A DNA stretch of 64,000 nt from Burkholderiales bacterium (lineage in GTDB: Bacteria; Pseudomonadota; Gammaproteobacteria; Burkholderiales; JBDZVW01), in assembly GCA_035700525.1 (NCBI GenBank), contig DASSON010000187.1, positions 4 through 64,003 of the forward strand. Reading direction: 5' to 3'. Each line of letters opens with the position of its first letter. Position 1 is the stretch's first letter. Below the pieces are notes generated by a model. It did not search any database and was not told the origin of the DNA. It worked only from the letters and a program-made list of their open reading frames with translations. Positions 1 through 9,342 of this stretch are shown here, one piece after another. The position numbers and the translations under genes are program-made.

Positions 1-167
1 GTCGATTCATCGCATTGCCCGCATCGATCTGGCCCAGCATACTTCCGTCCATGGGCGCTCACTGCCCTAAAAGCGTCCACCATGTCTCCGAACAGGTGTC
101 CACTATGTCTCCGGGCTATACACATCCGTCGCCGCATCGTTCAACCAGCCGCAACAGGAGAGAACGA

Positions 168-548
168 ATGTCGAACCAGAATGCCACATTGAAACTGGAA
201 TTCATCGAACAGCAACGAAAGCGTCTCGACGCGCTGCGTCGGCAGCTCCTGGGAGGCGAGCAGGAAGAAAATGAGCAGGAACGGGTTTTTCAGGAAGCGC
301 ACACAGACGAGGCGCACGAACCCGAGGAAGTCGCCCAGGACATGGCACAAAATGAAATCAAGCAGGCGGTATACGACACGAACAGATGGCGCCTGCGAAA
401 CATCGAGCGGGCACTGCAGAAGATCGATGAAGGCAGCTACGGTCTGTCCGACAGGAGCGGCATGCCAATACCGAAAGCGAGGCTTGAAACCACGCCGGAA
501 GCGATCCTGACGCTCGACGAGGAACGGCGCGAAGAAGACGGCCGGTAA
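168..548 (+). CDS. DksA/TraR-family protein without zinc-finger cysteines (126 aa)
   Basis: Inside ORF 15..548. ATG at 168 is preceded by AGGAGAGAA. The C-terminal RALQKIDEGSYGLSDRSGMPIPKARLETTPEAILTLDEE aligns to the DksA/TraR finger region, but the protein has no Cys at all. The N-terminal half is acidic and coiled-coil-like. Confidence 0.6.
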   Translation: MSNQNATLKLEFIEQQRKRLDALRRQLLGGEQEENEQERVFQEAHTDEAHEPEEVAQDMAQNEIKQAVYDTNRWRLRNIERALQKIDEGSYGLSDRSGMPIPKARLETTPEAILTLDEERREEDGR

Positions 549-586
549 CAGGGTCCGGTATCGTCTATTCTGCCCGCCAATGAGTC

Positions 587-610
587 CCGGCGTGCCAGTG
601 TGCACGCCGG
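587..610 (+). terminator. GC-rich hairpin downstream of the DksA-like gene (possible terminator)
   Basis: CCGGCGTGC-cagtgt-GCACGCCGG is a perfect 9-bp stem 39 nt after the stop codon. A T-run (ATTTTT) lies about 13 nt further on rather than adjacent, so this is weak as an intrinsic terminator. Confidence 0.3.
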
Positions 611-724
611 ATACGCCGCGTAAATTTTTGCCGTACACCACCGTCGAACCGGGACCCGCACAGCGACCAGGCATTGCGCCCGCCGCTACCGTCTCGCCGT
701 ACGTGCCGCCCGACAGAACAGACC

Positions 725-1054
725 ATGGCCGGAACAGACCAGGAAAAACTCGATCGCCAATTTGAACGCATTCAGCAAAAGCTGCCGCGGCCGGTCGGCC
801 GGTTTCTGCGATGGCTGAGGAAACCTTCGTCGCGCTGGGTGCGTATTCCGGTCGGAATACTGCTCATCATCGGCGGCATCCTGAGCTTCCTGCCGATTCT
901 CGGGCTGTGGATGCTGCCGCTCGGATTGCTGCTGCTGGCGCAGGATCTGCCGTTTCTGCAGCGCCCGATGCGACGGCTGCTGGTTCGCGCCAGCCATCGC
1001 TGGATGCGGTGGAAAAGATCGCGCGGACACCGCACGCCCAAGCGCAACCCGTGA
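725..1054 (+). CDS. small hypothetical membrane protein (two predicted TM helices, basic tail)
   Basis: Inside ORF 674..1054. ATG at 725. Hydrophobic stretch VRIPVGILLIIGGILSFLPILGLWMLPLGLLLLAQ. No family confidently recognised. Confidence 0.45.
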   Translation: MAGTDQEKLDRQFERIQQKLPRPVGRFLRWLRKPSSRWVRIPVGILLIIGGILSFLPILGLWMLPLGLLLLAQDLPFLQRPMRRLLVRASHRWMRWKRSRGHRTPKRNP

Positions 1055-1083
1055 TAATCGGTACGGCAGACGCGAAACACCTT

Positions 1084-1092
1084 TGATACAAT
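1084..1092 (+). promoter_or_regulatory. extended -10 element (TGATACAAT) upstream of tRNA-Leu
   Basis: TGnTAnAAT-like motif ends 9 nt before the tRNA 5' end. No convincing -35 seen. Confidence 0.3.
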
Positions 1093-1101
1093 CCGAACGA
1101 T

Positions 1102-1188
1102 GCGGGCGTGGCGTAATCGGTAGCCGCAGCAGACTTAAAATCTGCTGGCCGCAAGGCCGTGCCGGTTCGAGTCCGGCCGCCCGCACCA
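1102..1188 (+). tRNA. tRNA-Leu (anticodon UAA), class II with long variable arm, CCA encoded
   Basis: Hand-folded cloverleaf. Acceptor GCGGGCG/CGCCCGC. Anticodon stem GCAGA/TCTGC with loop CTTAAAA. Variable arm GGCC-gcaa-GGCC. T arm GCCGG-TTCGAGT-CCGGC. Discriminator A followed by CCA. Confidence 0.9.
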
Positions 1189-1203
1189 ACACGGCCCGTC
1201 AGT

Positions 1204-2571
1204 TCAGCCGGCAAACGGCGACAGATCCACCTGCGATGAGACGAACAGCGTCACGATCTCATCGGCGATGCGTTCGGCATGCTTTTCGGAAAGCCCGCCG
1301 TAGCGGCAATTGCGGATGAACTTGTCATGCAGTTCCTCGCTGCTCAGCGGGCGATCGTTGCCCCCCCGGAAAAAATCCTGACGGTACTCACGAACGTCGC
1401 CGTTATCGAGCGTCACTTTCAGATGCCCGGTAAAACGATCGGGATAAGGATTCCTGGGATCGACAATATAGGACACCTTGCGCGCCAGCCGTACCAGTTC
1501 CGGCCGTTTCACAGCGTCGTCATCGAATTCCTCAAGGCCCGCCGCATCTTCCAGTATGCCCGATGCGATCGCGTACGGAACGCTGAATTTCGCGGCATAG
1601 CCGTTCGGCGGTGCACTTTTCAGCTCACGCGGCTCCCACAGCCGATGCACGATGCCCTCCGCCGTTTCGCATTCAATGCTGATGATCGATTCGGGATCGA
1701 TTCCTTCTTTTCTGAACGCGCGCGCGCAATCGATGTACGGATGCGCCATCGTACCGCAGGCATAGGGTTTGAACGCAAGCGTCATCCACAGCCACTGCTC
1801 TCCAAATCCGTCCAGCATCGCATCGAAGTCCCCGTCGAGCATGTTTGCGAATCCATGAAACAATCCATGCTGCCCCTCGAACACCGTCGCCGGGCCATGG
1901 AAGCCGGCCATCGCCAGCCGCACCGCACGGTACGCGGACTGCGCCGCCCACCCCGGATGCATGCGCTTGGTCCACGATCCATCGGCCAGGTACTCAATGA
2001 TCCCCGACGCCATGCTGCCCGCGATGCCGAATGCATTGACCAGCGCTTCTTGCGGCAAGTGCAACGCGGCGCCGACGCCGACAACGGCACCCATCACGCC
2101 GAAAATGGCGGTGGGGTGAAAACCGGCCTTGTGCACGCGGGTCGGCGCAACCCGACACAAGCGGCACATCACTTCGGCGCCGACGGCGATTCCGCGGAAC
2201 AGATCGGCACCGGAAAGCTGATGCCTTTCTGCTGCTGCCATCAACGCAGGAATGATCACTGCGCCGACATGAACCGGCCCGCCTTCGTACGTGTCGTCGA
2301 AATCTTCTCCATGCGCCGAAATGCCGTTGACGAATGCCGCCCCCTCGGCGGAGAGCTTGCGGGAAACGCCGAACACCGTGCATGGCCCATCGCAATCGAT
2401 TGATGCCAGCGCCGCCTTCACGTACGCTCTGTCACGGGCAGCCATGCACAAACCGGTGATGTCCAGCATCAACCGGGCTGCGTGCTCCGTTGCGCCGGGC
2501 TCGAGCATCGTGGCACAGATGATTCGTGCGAGCTGTTTTGAAACCGTGTTCCCGGCTTTATCATTACGCAT
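1204..2571 (-). CDS. MmgE/PrpD-family protein (paralog 1)
   Basis: 455-aa ORF with NGISAHGEDFDDTYEGGPVH and the overall PrpD-fold pattern. Confidence 0.85.
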   Translation of the reverse strand: MRNDKAGNTVSKQLARIICATMLEPGATEHAARLMLDITGLCMAARDRAYVKAALASIDCDGPCTVFGVSRKLSAEGAAFVNGISAHGEDFDDTYEGGPVHVGAVIIPALMAAAERHQLSGADLFRGIAVGAEVMCRLCRVAPTRVHKAGFHPTAIFGVMGAVVGVGAALHLPQEALVNAFGIAGSMASGIIEYLADGSWTKRMHPGWAAQSAYRAVRLAMAGFHGPATVFEGQHGLFHGFANMLDGDFDAMLDGFGEQWLWMTLAFKPYACGTMAHPYIDCARAFRKEGIDPESIISIECETAEGIVHRLWEPRELKSAPPNGYAAKFSVPYAIASGILEDAAGLEEFDDDAVKRPELVRLARKVSYIVDPRNPYPDRFTGHLKVTLDNGDVREYRQDFFRGGNDRPLSSEELHDKFIRNCRYGGLSEKHAERIADEIVTLFVSSQVDLSPFAG

Positions 2572-2645
2572 CTTCGTCCTTTTCCATTCGCATCGCGCGA
2601 ATATTCACGAAACAGCTTTCAATACAACACCAATAAGGAAAACCC

Positions 2646-3626
2646 ATGCAATCGTACTGGATCAGCGCAAACAACGGTCATATCATGCTCGAACGGCGCG
2701 AGGCTCCATTGCCCGAGCCGGGTCCGCAACAAGTGCTGGTGCGCTTACGCGCGGCCGGCCTGAACCGCGGTGAATTCATTCCATCGCACGGCCTGCATGC
2801 CGGAGCCCGAACCGCCAGGGCCGCTGGCAATGAAGGCACCGGCGACATTGTAAAACTCGGCGGTGACGTGAAGCACCTGACCCCCGGTCAGCGCGTGATG
2901 GGACGCTGCGCCGGCGCCTTCGCGGAATTCGGGCTGATGGACGCCCGCGAAGCGATACCGGTGCCGCCCGGCCTGTCATACGAAGAAGCGGCCGCGGTTC
3001 CGCTGGCCTTCCTCGTCGTCTATGACATGCTGGTGGCGCAGGGACACCTGGCTGCCGGCGAATGGCTGCTGGCGACCGGCATTTCGTCGGGCGTCGGCGT
3101 CGCGGCATTGCAAACCGCGAAGGCGCTGAACGCCCGTGTGATCGGCACATCGGGATCGGCCGCCAAGCTGGAACGGCTGCAGGCGCTCGGGCTGGACCAC
3201 GGACTTTGCACCCGTAACGCCGATTTTCATGATGCCGTGATGCGCATCACACAAAATGCCGGAGCAAATCTCGTCGTCAATGCGGTCGGCGGCTCGCTGT
3301 TTCCGGAATGCGTCCGTACGCTTGCATACGAGGGCCGGCTCGCGACCGTCGGATACGTCGACGGCATCATGAAAAGCGAAATCGATCTCGATGCGCTGCA
3401 TGCGAAACGGCTGACGCTGTTCGGCGTGTCAAACAAGCTGCGCAGCGCCAAACAACGCGTGCCGCTGATCAAAGGGTTCATCGCCGATATTCTGCCGCTG
3501 ATCGCCGCCGGCCGCATCCGTCCGCTCGTTGACACGACATTTGACTTCAACGAGCTTCCAGCCGCCAGGGAACACATGGAAGCGAACCGCCACGTCGGCA
3601 AGATCGTGATCGCGATGCCCGACTGA
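2646..3626 (+). CDS. NAD(P)H:quinone oxidoreductase-like MDR (zinc-free alcohol dehydrogenase superfamily)
   Basis: 326 aa. Has GEWLLATGISSGVGVAALQTAKALNARVIGT (Rossmann motif) and C-terminal HVGKIVI. SD AAGGAAA lies before the ATG. Confidence 0.8.
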   Translation: MQSYWISANNGHIMLERREAPLPEPGPQQVLVRLRAAGLNRGEFIPSHGLHAGARTARAAGNEGTGDIVKLGGDVKHLTPGQRVMGRCAGAFAEFGLMDAREAIPVPPGLSYEEAAAVPLAFLVVYDMLVAQGHLAAGEWLLATGISSGVGVAALQTAKALNARVIGTSGSAAKLERLQALGLDHGLCTRNADFHDAVMRITQNAGANLVVNAVGGSLFPECVRTLAYEGRLATVGYVDGIMKSEIDLDALHAKRLTLFGVSNKLRSAKQRVPLIKGFIADILPLIAAGRIRPLVDTTFDFNELPAAREHMEANRHVGKIVIAMPD

Positions 3627-3649
3627 TCGCGGCCGGGCCCGCCGCGCCG

Positions 3650-4717
3650 TCAATGCGCGAGCGCCCGGCAATGCTGCGATGGCAGGTGCAACCAGACGGT
3701 CTGCCCCTTTTCGATGTCGACGTCGACCGGCGTAATGGTGCGCGCCGTTGCGCCGCTCGCCAGTGTCACCAGATAATCGCGATGCGGGCCGAGGTAGGAC
3801 TGGCGCGTCACGTTGCCGCTGACCCAGTTCGTGCCCGCGCTATCCGGTCGGTTGGCGCGAAGCTCGATGCAGTGATGACGAATCGAAACGGCGGTGTCAC
3901 CCTCTTTCGAAAATTCGCCCGACTCACAGCGCAGCATCACCCCGTCGCCGCAATCGACCATGTCGCGGCCATCCCAGCGCCCCTTGAAAATGTTTGCGCC
4001 GCCGATGAAATGGGCGACGAATTCGGACTGCGGCCGCTCGTAAATATCCTCCGGCGTCCCGGCCTGCTCGACCACGCCCTGGTTCATCACCACGATGAGA
4101 TCGGCGGTCGTCATTGCCTCGGACTGATCATGCGTGACGTAAACCGTGGTGTAACGGAATTCGTCATGCAGGCGCCGGATTTCGAAACGCATCTCCTCGC
4201 GCAGATTCGCGTCCAGATTCGACAGCGGCTCGTCCAGCAGCAGCGTCTCCGGCTCGACCACCAGCGCCCGGGCCAGCGACACCCGCTGCTGCTGACCGCC
4301 CGACAGCTCGCCCGGATAACGGCTGGCCAGTTGGCTCAGCCGCGTCGCTTCCAGAATCGCGTCGACGCGTTTTTTTATTTCCGGACGTTTCATGCCACGC
4401 AGCTTGAGACCGTACGCGACATTGTCGAAAATGGTCATGTGCGGCCACAGCGCGTAGCTTTGAAAAATCATCGACATGTTGCGCCGTTCAGGCGCCTCGG
4501 TGGCGCCCGGCGCCGAAATGCGGCGGCCATCGACACGGATCTCACCGCCATCCGGCTCCAGAAATCCGGCGATCAGCCGCAGCGTCGTCGTCTTGCCGCA
4601 TCCGGACGGGCCCAGCAGGCACACCAGCAGTCCCTTGTCGATGCCCAGCGTCACTTCATCGACAGCGGTCAGCGCGCCGTAGCGTTTCGTCAGGCCCGAT
4701 AATTCCAAAAAGCTCAT
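3650..4717 (-). CDS. ABC transporter ATP-binding protein (PotA/FbpC type with C-terminal TOBE-like domain)
   Basis: Walker A GPSGCGKTT, signature LSGGQQQR, Walker B LLLDEP. Confidence 0.9.
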   Translation of the reverse strand: MSFLELSGLTKRYGALTAVDEVTLGIDKGLLVCLLGPSGCGKTTTLRLIAGFLEPDGGEIRVDGRRISAPGATEAPERRNMSMIFQSYALWPHMTIFDNVAYGLKLRGMKRPEIKKRVDAILEATRLSQLASRYPGELSGGQQQRVSLARALVVEPETLLLDEPLSNLDANLREEMRFEIRRLHDEFRYTTVYVTHDQSEAMTTADLIVVMNQGVVEQAGTPEDIYERPQSEFVAHFIGGANIFKGRWDGRDMVDCGDGVMLRCESGEFSKEGDTAVSIRHHCIELRANRPDSAGTNWVSGNVTRQSYLGPHRDYLVTLASGATARTITPVDVDIEKGQTVWLHLPSQHCRALAH

Positions 4718-4764
4718 AGGCTCCGCCTTTTGTCTTGAAGCATCCCGGCGTCAGTATCCGGCCG

Positions 4765-6498
4765 TCACGCGGCTTGCCGCTTCGGCGTCCGGCCCAGTCC
4801 GGGAAGATTGTTGGCCAGTATGATGATCGCAAATGACACCACCAGCAGCAGCAGTCCGAGCACCGAGATCGCGCCCAGGTCATCGCTTTCATTGAGGTTA
4901 TAGATCATCACCGAAATGAGCTTGGTGTTCGCGGTCGTCAGCAGGATCGCCGCGGACAGCTCGCGGATGGTGCCGACGAAAACGAAGCACCACGTCGCAA
5001 TTACGCTGGTGCGCAGCAGCGGCGCGGTAATGCGGCGCAGCGTGCCGAGACGGCTGGCGCCGAGAATGCGGCTGGCTTCCTCCAGTTCCGTGTGGATGCC
5101 ATGAAACGCCGCCGACATCTGCTGGTAGGCGGCCGGCATGCCGATCGTTATGAAACACAGCAGCAGGATCCACAATGTGCCGTAGAGGCGCAGCGCGGGC
5201 TGCGAATACGACAGGAAGAAGCCGACGCCGAGCACAATGTTCGGGATCGCGATCGGCGCGGTCGCCAGCAGGCCGAGCAGCCGGGAACCACGCACCGTGT
5301 TGCGTGACACCATGTACGCCGCCATCAACGCAATCGCGGTGCCGACAGTGGCCGACAGGATGCCGAGCAGGAAGGTATTCCACATCGCCAGCCGCGTGGC
5401 CGAATACTCGACGAATACGAATTTGAAATGCTCGAGCGTCAGGTTGTGCAGGGTGAGCACGTCCGAAACACGGTGGGTGATCGCGGTCTTGATCAGCGCC
5501 AGGCACGGCAGCACCACTGTCAGCGACAGCACGATCACCGCAAACGCGATCGCCAGCGGCTTCCACTTGCGCAGACGCGTGATGCGGGGCACACCGCTTT
5601 TGCCGCCCAGCACCGTGTAGCCCTTGCGTCCCAGTATCCAGCTTTTTCCCTGCAGCAGAAACACCGTGATCACCAGCAACGGCATCGACGTTGCCGCCGC
5701 CAGTTCGAGATGCGGCGGATACTGAAACATGCTCCAGATCTTCGTGGTGACGACGTCGAAGCCGGCCGGCAACGCCAGAATGGCAGGCGCTCCGAACACC
5801 GTCAGCGTTTGCAGCATCGCCACCAGCGTCCCTGCCAGCATTGCCGGCAACACCAGCGGAATCGTGATGTGCCGCAGTGTCGTGGCCATTTTGCCGCCGA
5901 GGATCGCAGACGCATCCTCGAGATCCGAAGGCACGCGGTCGAGGCCGTTGGCCACCAGCGTGAACACATACGGAAAGGTGTAACAGGCGATGACGAAAAT
6001 CAGTCCGGTCATCGTGTAAATGTTGAGCAAGTGGTCGGCACGCGGCGCTCCGCTCAGATAGCGGTAGATCTCATTGATCAGCCCGCTGTTCGGCGCTGCC
6101 AGAATTTCCCATGCAATGGCGCCGAGAAAGGGCGGCGTGACGAAGGAAGCCATCACCAGTGCCCGCACCACGCGCTGGCCAGGAAAATCAGTCCGTGAAA
6201 CCAGCCACGCCAATGGCGTCGCGACGACGGCGCACAGTATCCCGACACTGATCGACATGCCGATCGAGCGCAGATACGGCTGCAGCATCCGCGAATCGGT
6301 GAACAGCGTGATGTAATTGCCGAGCGTGAATACGCCGTTTGGGTCGACGACGCTGTAATACACCAGCCACGCCAGCGGCAGCGCGATAAGGACAATCAGC
6401 CCCGCCGCGAGCACGAAAAAGGTCGGCTTGAACAGGTCGAAACGCAGGCGCGGTCGCCGATCGATGGCGGCCGCCTGTCCGTCGCTCGCGGACTTCAC
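4765..6498 (-). CDS. ABC transporter permease, duplicated two-domain FbpB-like type
   Basis: 577 aa and highly hydrophobic, with two internal permease repeats. Lies between the ATPase and the binding-protein gene. Confidence 0.85.
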   Translation of the reverse strand: MKSASDGQAAAIDRRPRLRFDLFKPTFFVLAAGLIVLIALPLAWLVYYSVVDPNGVFTLGNYITLFTDSRMLQPYLRSIGMSISVGILCAVVATPLAWLVSRTDFPGQRVVRALVMASFVTPPFLGAIAWEILAAPNSGLINEIYRYLSGAPRADHLLNIYTMTGLIFVIACYTFPYVFTLVANGLDRVPSDLEDASAILGGKMATTLRHITIPLVLPAMLAGTLVAMLQTLTVFGAPAILALPAGFDVVTTKIWSMFQYPPHLELAAATSMPLLVITVFLLQGKSWILGRKGYTVLGGKSGVPRITRLRKWKPLAIAFAVIVLSLTVVLPCLALIKTAITHRVSDVLTLHNLTLEHFKFVFVEYSATRLAMWNTFLLGILSATVGTAIALMAAYMVSRNTVRGSRLLGLLATAPIAIPNIVLGVGFFLSYSQPALRLYGTLWILLLCFITIGMPAAYQQMSAAFHGIHTELEEASRILGASRLGTLRRITAPLLRTSVIATWCFVFVGTIRELSAAILLTTANTKLISVMIYNLNESDDLGAISVLGLLLLVVSFAIIILANNLPGLGRTPKRQAA

Positions 6499-6619
6499 GG
6501 GCTATTTCTCATGTTCGATGACCGGCACACCGGGAGCCCCGCGCTCGTCAGCGGCACACCGCTGCTGCCAGCGGCGCGCCACACAACGGAGCGCGGACGC
6601 TCCCGGCCATGATGGTTTT

Positions 6620-7666
6620 TCAACCGCCGAAATACGATGCGTACTTCTTCTTGATCGTATCGACTTCTTTCTCGAGCTGCGCCGGATCCGAGTGCAGCAG
6701 CTTGATCTTCGACAGCGGCGTACGGCCCTTCGGGTCCTTCACGTGGGGATTGAAGGAACGCAGTCCGCCCTTGTCCACCAGCAGCTGCTGCGCCGGGGTC
6801 GAGAAGATATAGTGATAGAACAGACGCGCGGCATTCGGATGCGGCGGGTGCTTGACGATTCCGGCGTTACCGACGATCAGTGGCGTTCCCTCGACCGGAT
6901 AGATTTCCTGAATCGGAGAGCCGGATTCGCGCAGCACGAAAACGATGTACTCGGAGCCGTCCATCATGATGGCCCGCTCGCCTTGCGCGACTTTCTTCGG
7001 CGGTACCGTCGCCGACTGTACCTGCATCACGTCCTGCTCGCTCAATTTCTTGAAATAGTCCCAGCCGAGAAGATGGCTCAGGTCGAAGGTTTCGGTCATG
7101 ATGGTGCCGCTGTATGCGGGGTGACCCTTGACGATCTTGCCTTTCCATTCCGGCTTCAGCAGATCCTTGTAACCCTTCGGCGCGTCGGCTTTCTTTACCA
7201 GGCTGGTGTTGTAGCCCATCACCGAAAGCGTGGCGCGGACGGCAGCGTAATAGCCATCCGGATCCTTTTCGTCTTTCGGGTAATCGATGAGGTCATCCGG
7301 CACCGCGGGTTGCAGCCAGCCTTTTGTCTTGAGATCGACGAACTGCACCGCGTCCGACGCCTCATAGACGTCGGCGTTATAGATCTTGGTGCTGTATTCC
7401 TGATTGATCCGCTGAAAGATGCGCTCCGCGCCGGAACGTTCGAGTTCCACGGTGATGCCGGGATATTTCTTCTCGAACGCGTTGGCGAGCTTCTGCGCAA
7501 CCTTGAGCCCGATCGACGTGTAGAACGATACCTTGCCTTCTTTTTGCGCCGCCTTGATCAGTTGCGGCGTCACCTTGTACGACGCCGGCGCTTGCGCCCA
7601 CGACACGCCGGCGCACATCGATACACAGGCTGCTGCGGCGACAATTACTGATTTGTTCAATCGCAT
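6620..7666 (-). CDS. periplasmic solute-binding protein, family 1 (Fe3+/polyamine type), copy 1
   Basis: Inside ORF 6620..7741. ATG at 7666 has GGAGGAGC upstream. Signal peptide MRLNKSVIVAAAACVSMCAGVSWAQA. Confidence 0.85.
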   Translation of the reverse strand: MRLNKSVIVAAAACVSMCAGVSWAQAPASYKVTPQLIKAAQKEGKVSFYTSIGLKVAQKLANAFEKKYPGITVELERSGAERIFQRINQEYSTKIYNADVYEASDAVQFVDLKTKGWLQPAVPDDLIDYPKDEKDPDGYYAAVRATLSVMGYNTSLVKKADAPKGYKDLLKPEWKGKIVKGHPAYSGTIMTETFDLSHLLGWDYFKKLSEQDVMQVQSATVPPKKVAQGERAIMMDGSEYIVFVLRESGSPIQEIYPVEGTPLIVGNAGIVKHPPHPNAARLFYHYIFSTPAQQLLVDKGGLRSFNPHVKDPKGRTPLSKIKLLHSDPAQLEKEVDTIKKKYASYFGG

Positions 7667-7962
7667 CGTTGCTCCTCCTATAACGTTGGTCTTTATCGCG
7701 CCAATGCTACACCACAATCCAGCTTGCTTCCAACAAGCCACGATGAATTATTGACTGCATCCCATTTCCGGGACCCGAACCGCACAGGCTCCTGGACAAG
7801 CAGCGCACGTCAATGACGATATAATGTTTACGTGAATTCAGCTCACGCGCCGAAAGAATAGAGGGAGCAACCAAACCTCGGCAGCAGTTAATTGGGAACC
7901 AGGCTTCTCTTACACCGGACAAGGCAAGTAAAACCATCTTTGATCTGCAGCACTCAACCTGC

Positions 7963-9297
7963 ATGACTATCACCCGTGAATTTGCCCGTTACATAATCGG
8001 CGCCAGTGCGGCGGACATCCCCGCTAACGTAACGCAAGAAGCCATCCGATCGCTGTTGAACTGGGTGGGCTGTGCCGTCGGCGGCTCACGACATCCGGCC
8101 ATCGAACATTCACTGGCCGCGGTGCTGCCGTTCTCTGCCGGATCCGACTGTTCGCTGATCGGCCGGCATGAACGCGTTGACGCGCTGCACGCGTCCCTTC
8201 TCAATGGAATCAGTGCGCACGTGCTGGATTTCGACGATACTCATTTACGTACCTTGCTCCATCCCAGCGGACCGGTGGCTTCCGTCCTGCTTGCCCTGGC
8301 CGAACGTCAACGCATAAGCGGCCGCGAATTCGTGCTGGCTTTTGTTCTGGGCGTAGAAATCGAATGCCGAATCGCCGATGCGATCTGGCTTGGACACAAT
8401 ACCGATTGGTACATCACGGGCACAACCGGAGTATTCGGTGCAGCCGCCGCGGCGTCCAAAGTGCTACGCCTTGACGAAAAGCAATTCGTACATGCGTTGG
8501 GACTGGCATCGGCGCAGGCCGCAGGAACACGTGAAATGGCGGGCACGATGGCCAAAAGTTTTGTCCATGGCCGTGCCGGACAAAATGGTCTGCTGGCGGC
8601 TCTCCTGGCGCAACAGGGGTTCACCGCGTCCGATTCCAGCCTTGAAGGTCGCCACGGTTTCGCGCAAGTATTCGCGTCGCGACGTGACGTTGAAACGATT
8701 ACGGGGGGATTGGGAAGCACTTATGAAATTCTGCAGAATACCTACAAGCCATTTGCCTGCGGCGTGGTGGTACACCCGGTGATTGATGCCTGCATCCGGT
8801 TACGCAACGCACACCATCCGGATGGTTCGGACATTGAAAAAATAACACTCTTCGTTCATCCACGCACGCTCGAGCTGGCCGGCAACAAATCGCCGCAAAG
8901 CGGACTGAAATCAAAGTGGAGCGTATACCACAGTGCCGCCGTATCGATTTTGGATGGCGCTGCGGGCGAGCATCAATACAGCGATGAGCGCGTAGATGAT
9001 CCAGTGGTACGCGCGCTGCGCGAACGTACCGCAGCGATCCCGGATCCTCACCTCAAAGACACTGAAGCAAAGGTATCCGTGAAATTGAAAGACGGTCGTG
9101 TTATTGACGAGCATGTCGTGCACGTCACCGGGAGCACTGAAAATCCGATGACCGACCAGGCTCTTGCGGAAAAAGTACGAGCCCTTGCACAAGGAATTCT
9201 GCCTTCACATCAGATTGCCGAACTGATCTCAACATGCTGGGGAATAATGGATCTCGAAGACACATCGCAGCTCGTGCGACTGTCAGCCCAAACGTGA
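7963..9297 (+). CDS. MmgE/PrpD-family protein (paralog 2)
   Basis: 444 aa with NGISAHVLDFDDTHLRTLLHPSGPV. No obvious SD before the ATG. Confidence 0.85.
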   Translation: MTITREFARYIIGASAADIPANVTQEAIRSLLNWVGCAVGGSRHPAIEHSLAAVLPFSAGSDCSLIGRHERVDALHASLLNGISAHVLDFDDTHLRTLLHPSGPVASVLLALAERQRISGREFVLAFVLGVEIECRIADAIWLGHNTDWYITGTTGVFGAAAAASKVLRLDEKQFVHALGLASAQAAGTREMAGTMAKSFVHGRAGQNGLLAALLAQQGFTASDSSLEGRHGFAQVFASRRDVETITGGLGSTYEILQNTYKPFACGVVVHPVIDACIRLRNAHHPDGSDIEKITLFVHPRTLELAGNKSPQSGLKSKWSVYHSAAVSILDGAAGEHQYSDERVDDPVVRALRERTAAIPDPHLKDTEAKVSVKLKDGRVIDEHVVHVTGSTENPMTDQALAEKVRALAQGILPSHQIAELISTCWGIMDLEDTSQLVRLSAQT

Positions 9298-9342
9298 AAT
9301 CATTTGGATATGATGAAATGTTGATAGACCGGAGTCCTTGCT

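Noticed and set aside
7830-7962. Possible riboswitch or leader RNA in the ~135-nt lower-GC region between a TATAAT hexamer (7819..7824) and the SD-less PrpD paralog 2 start.
   Set aside because: No recognisable riboswitch core and no convincing conserved stem architecture. Only a short GAGG...CCTC hairpin is present.
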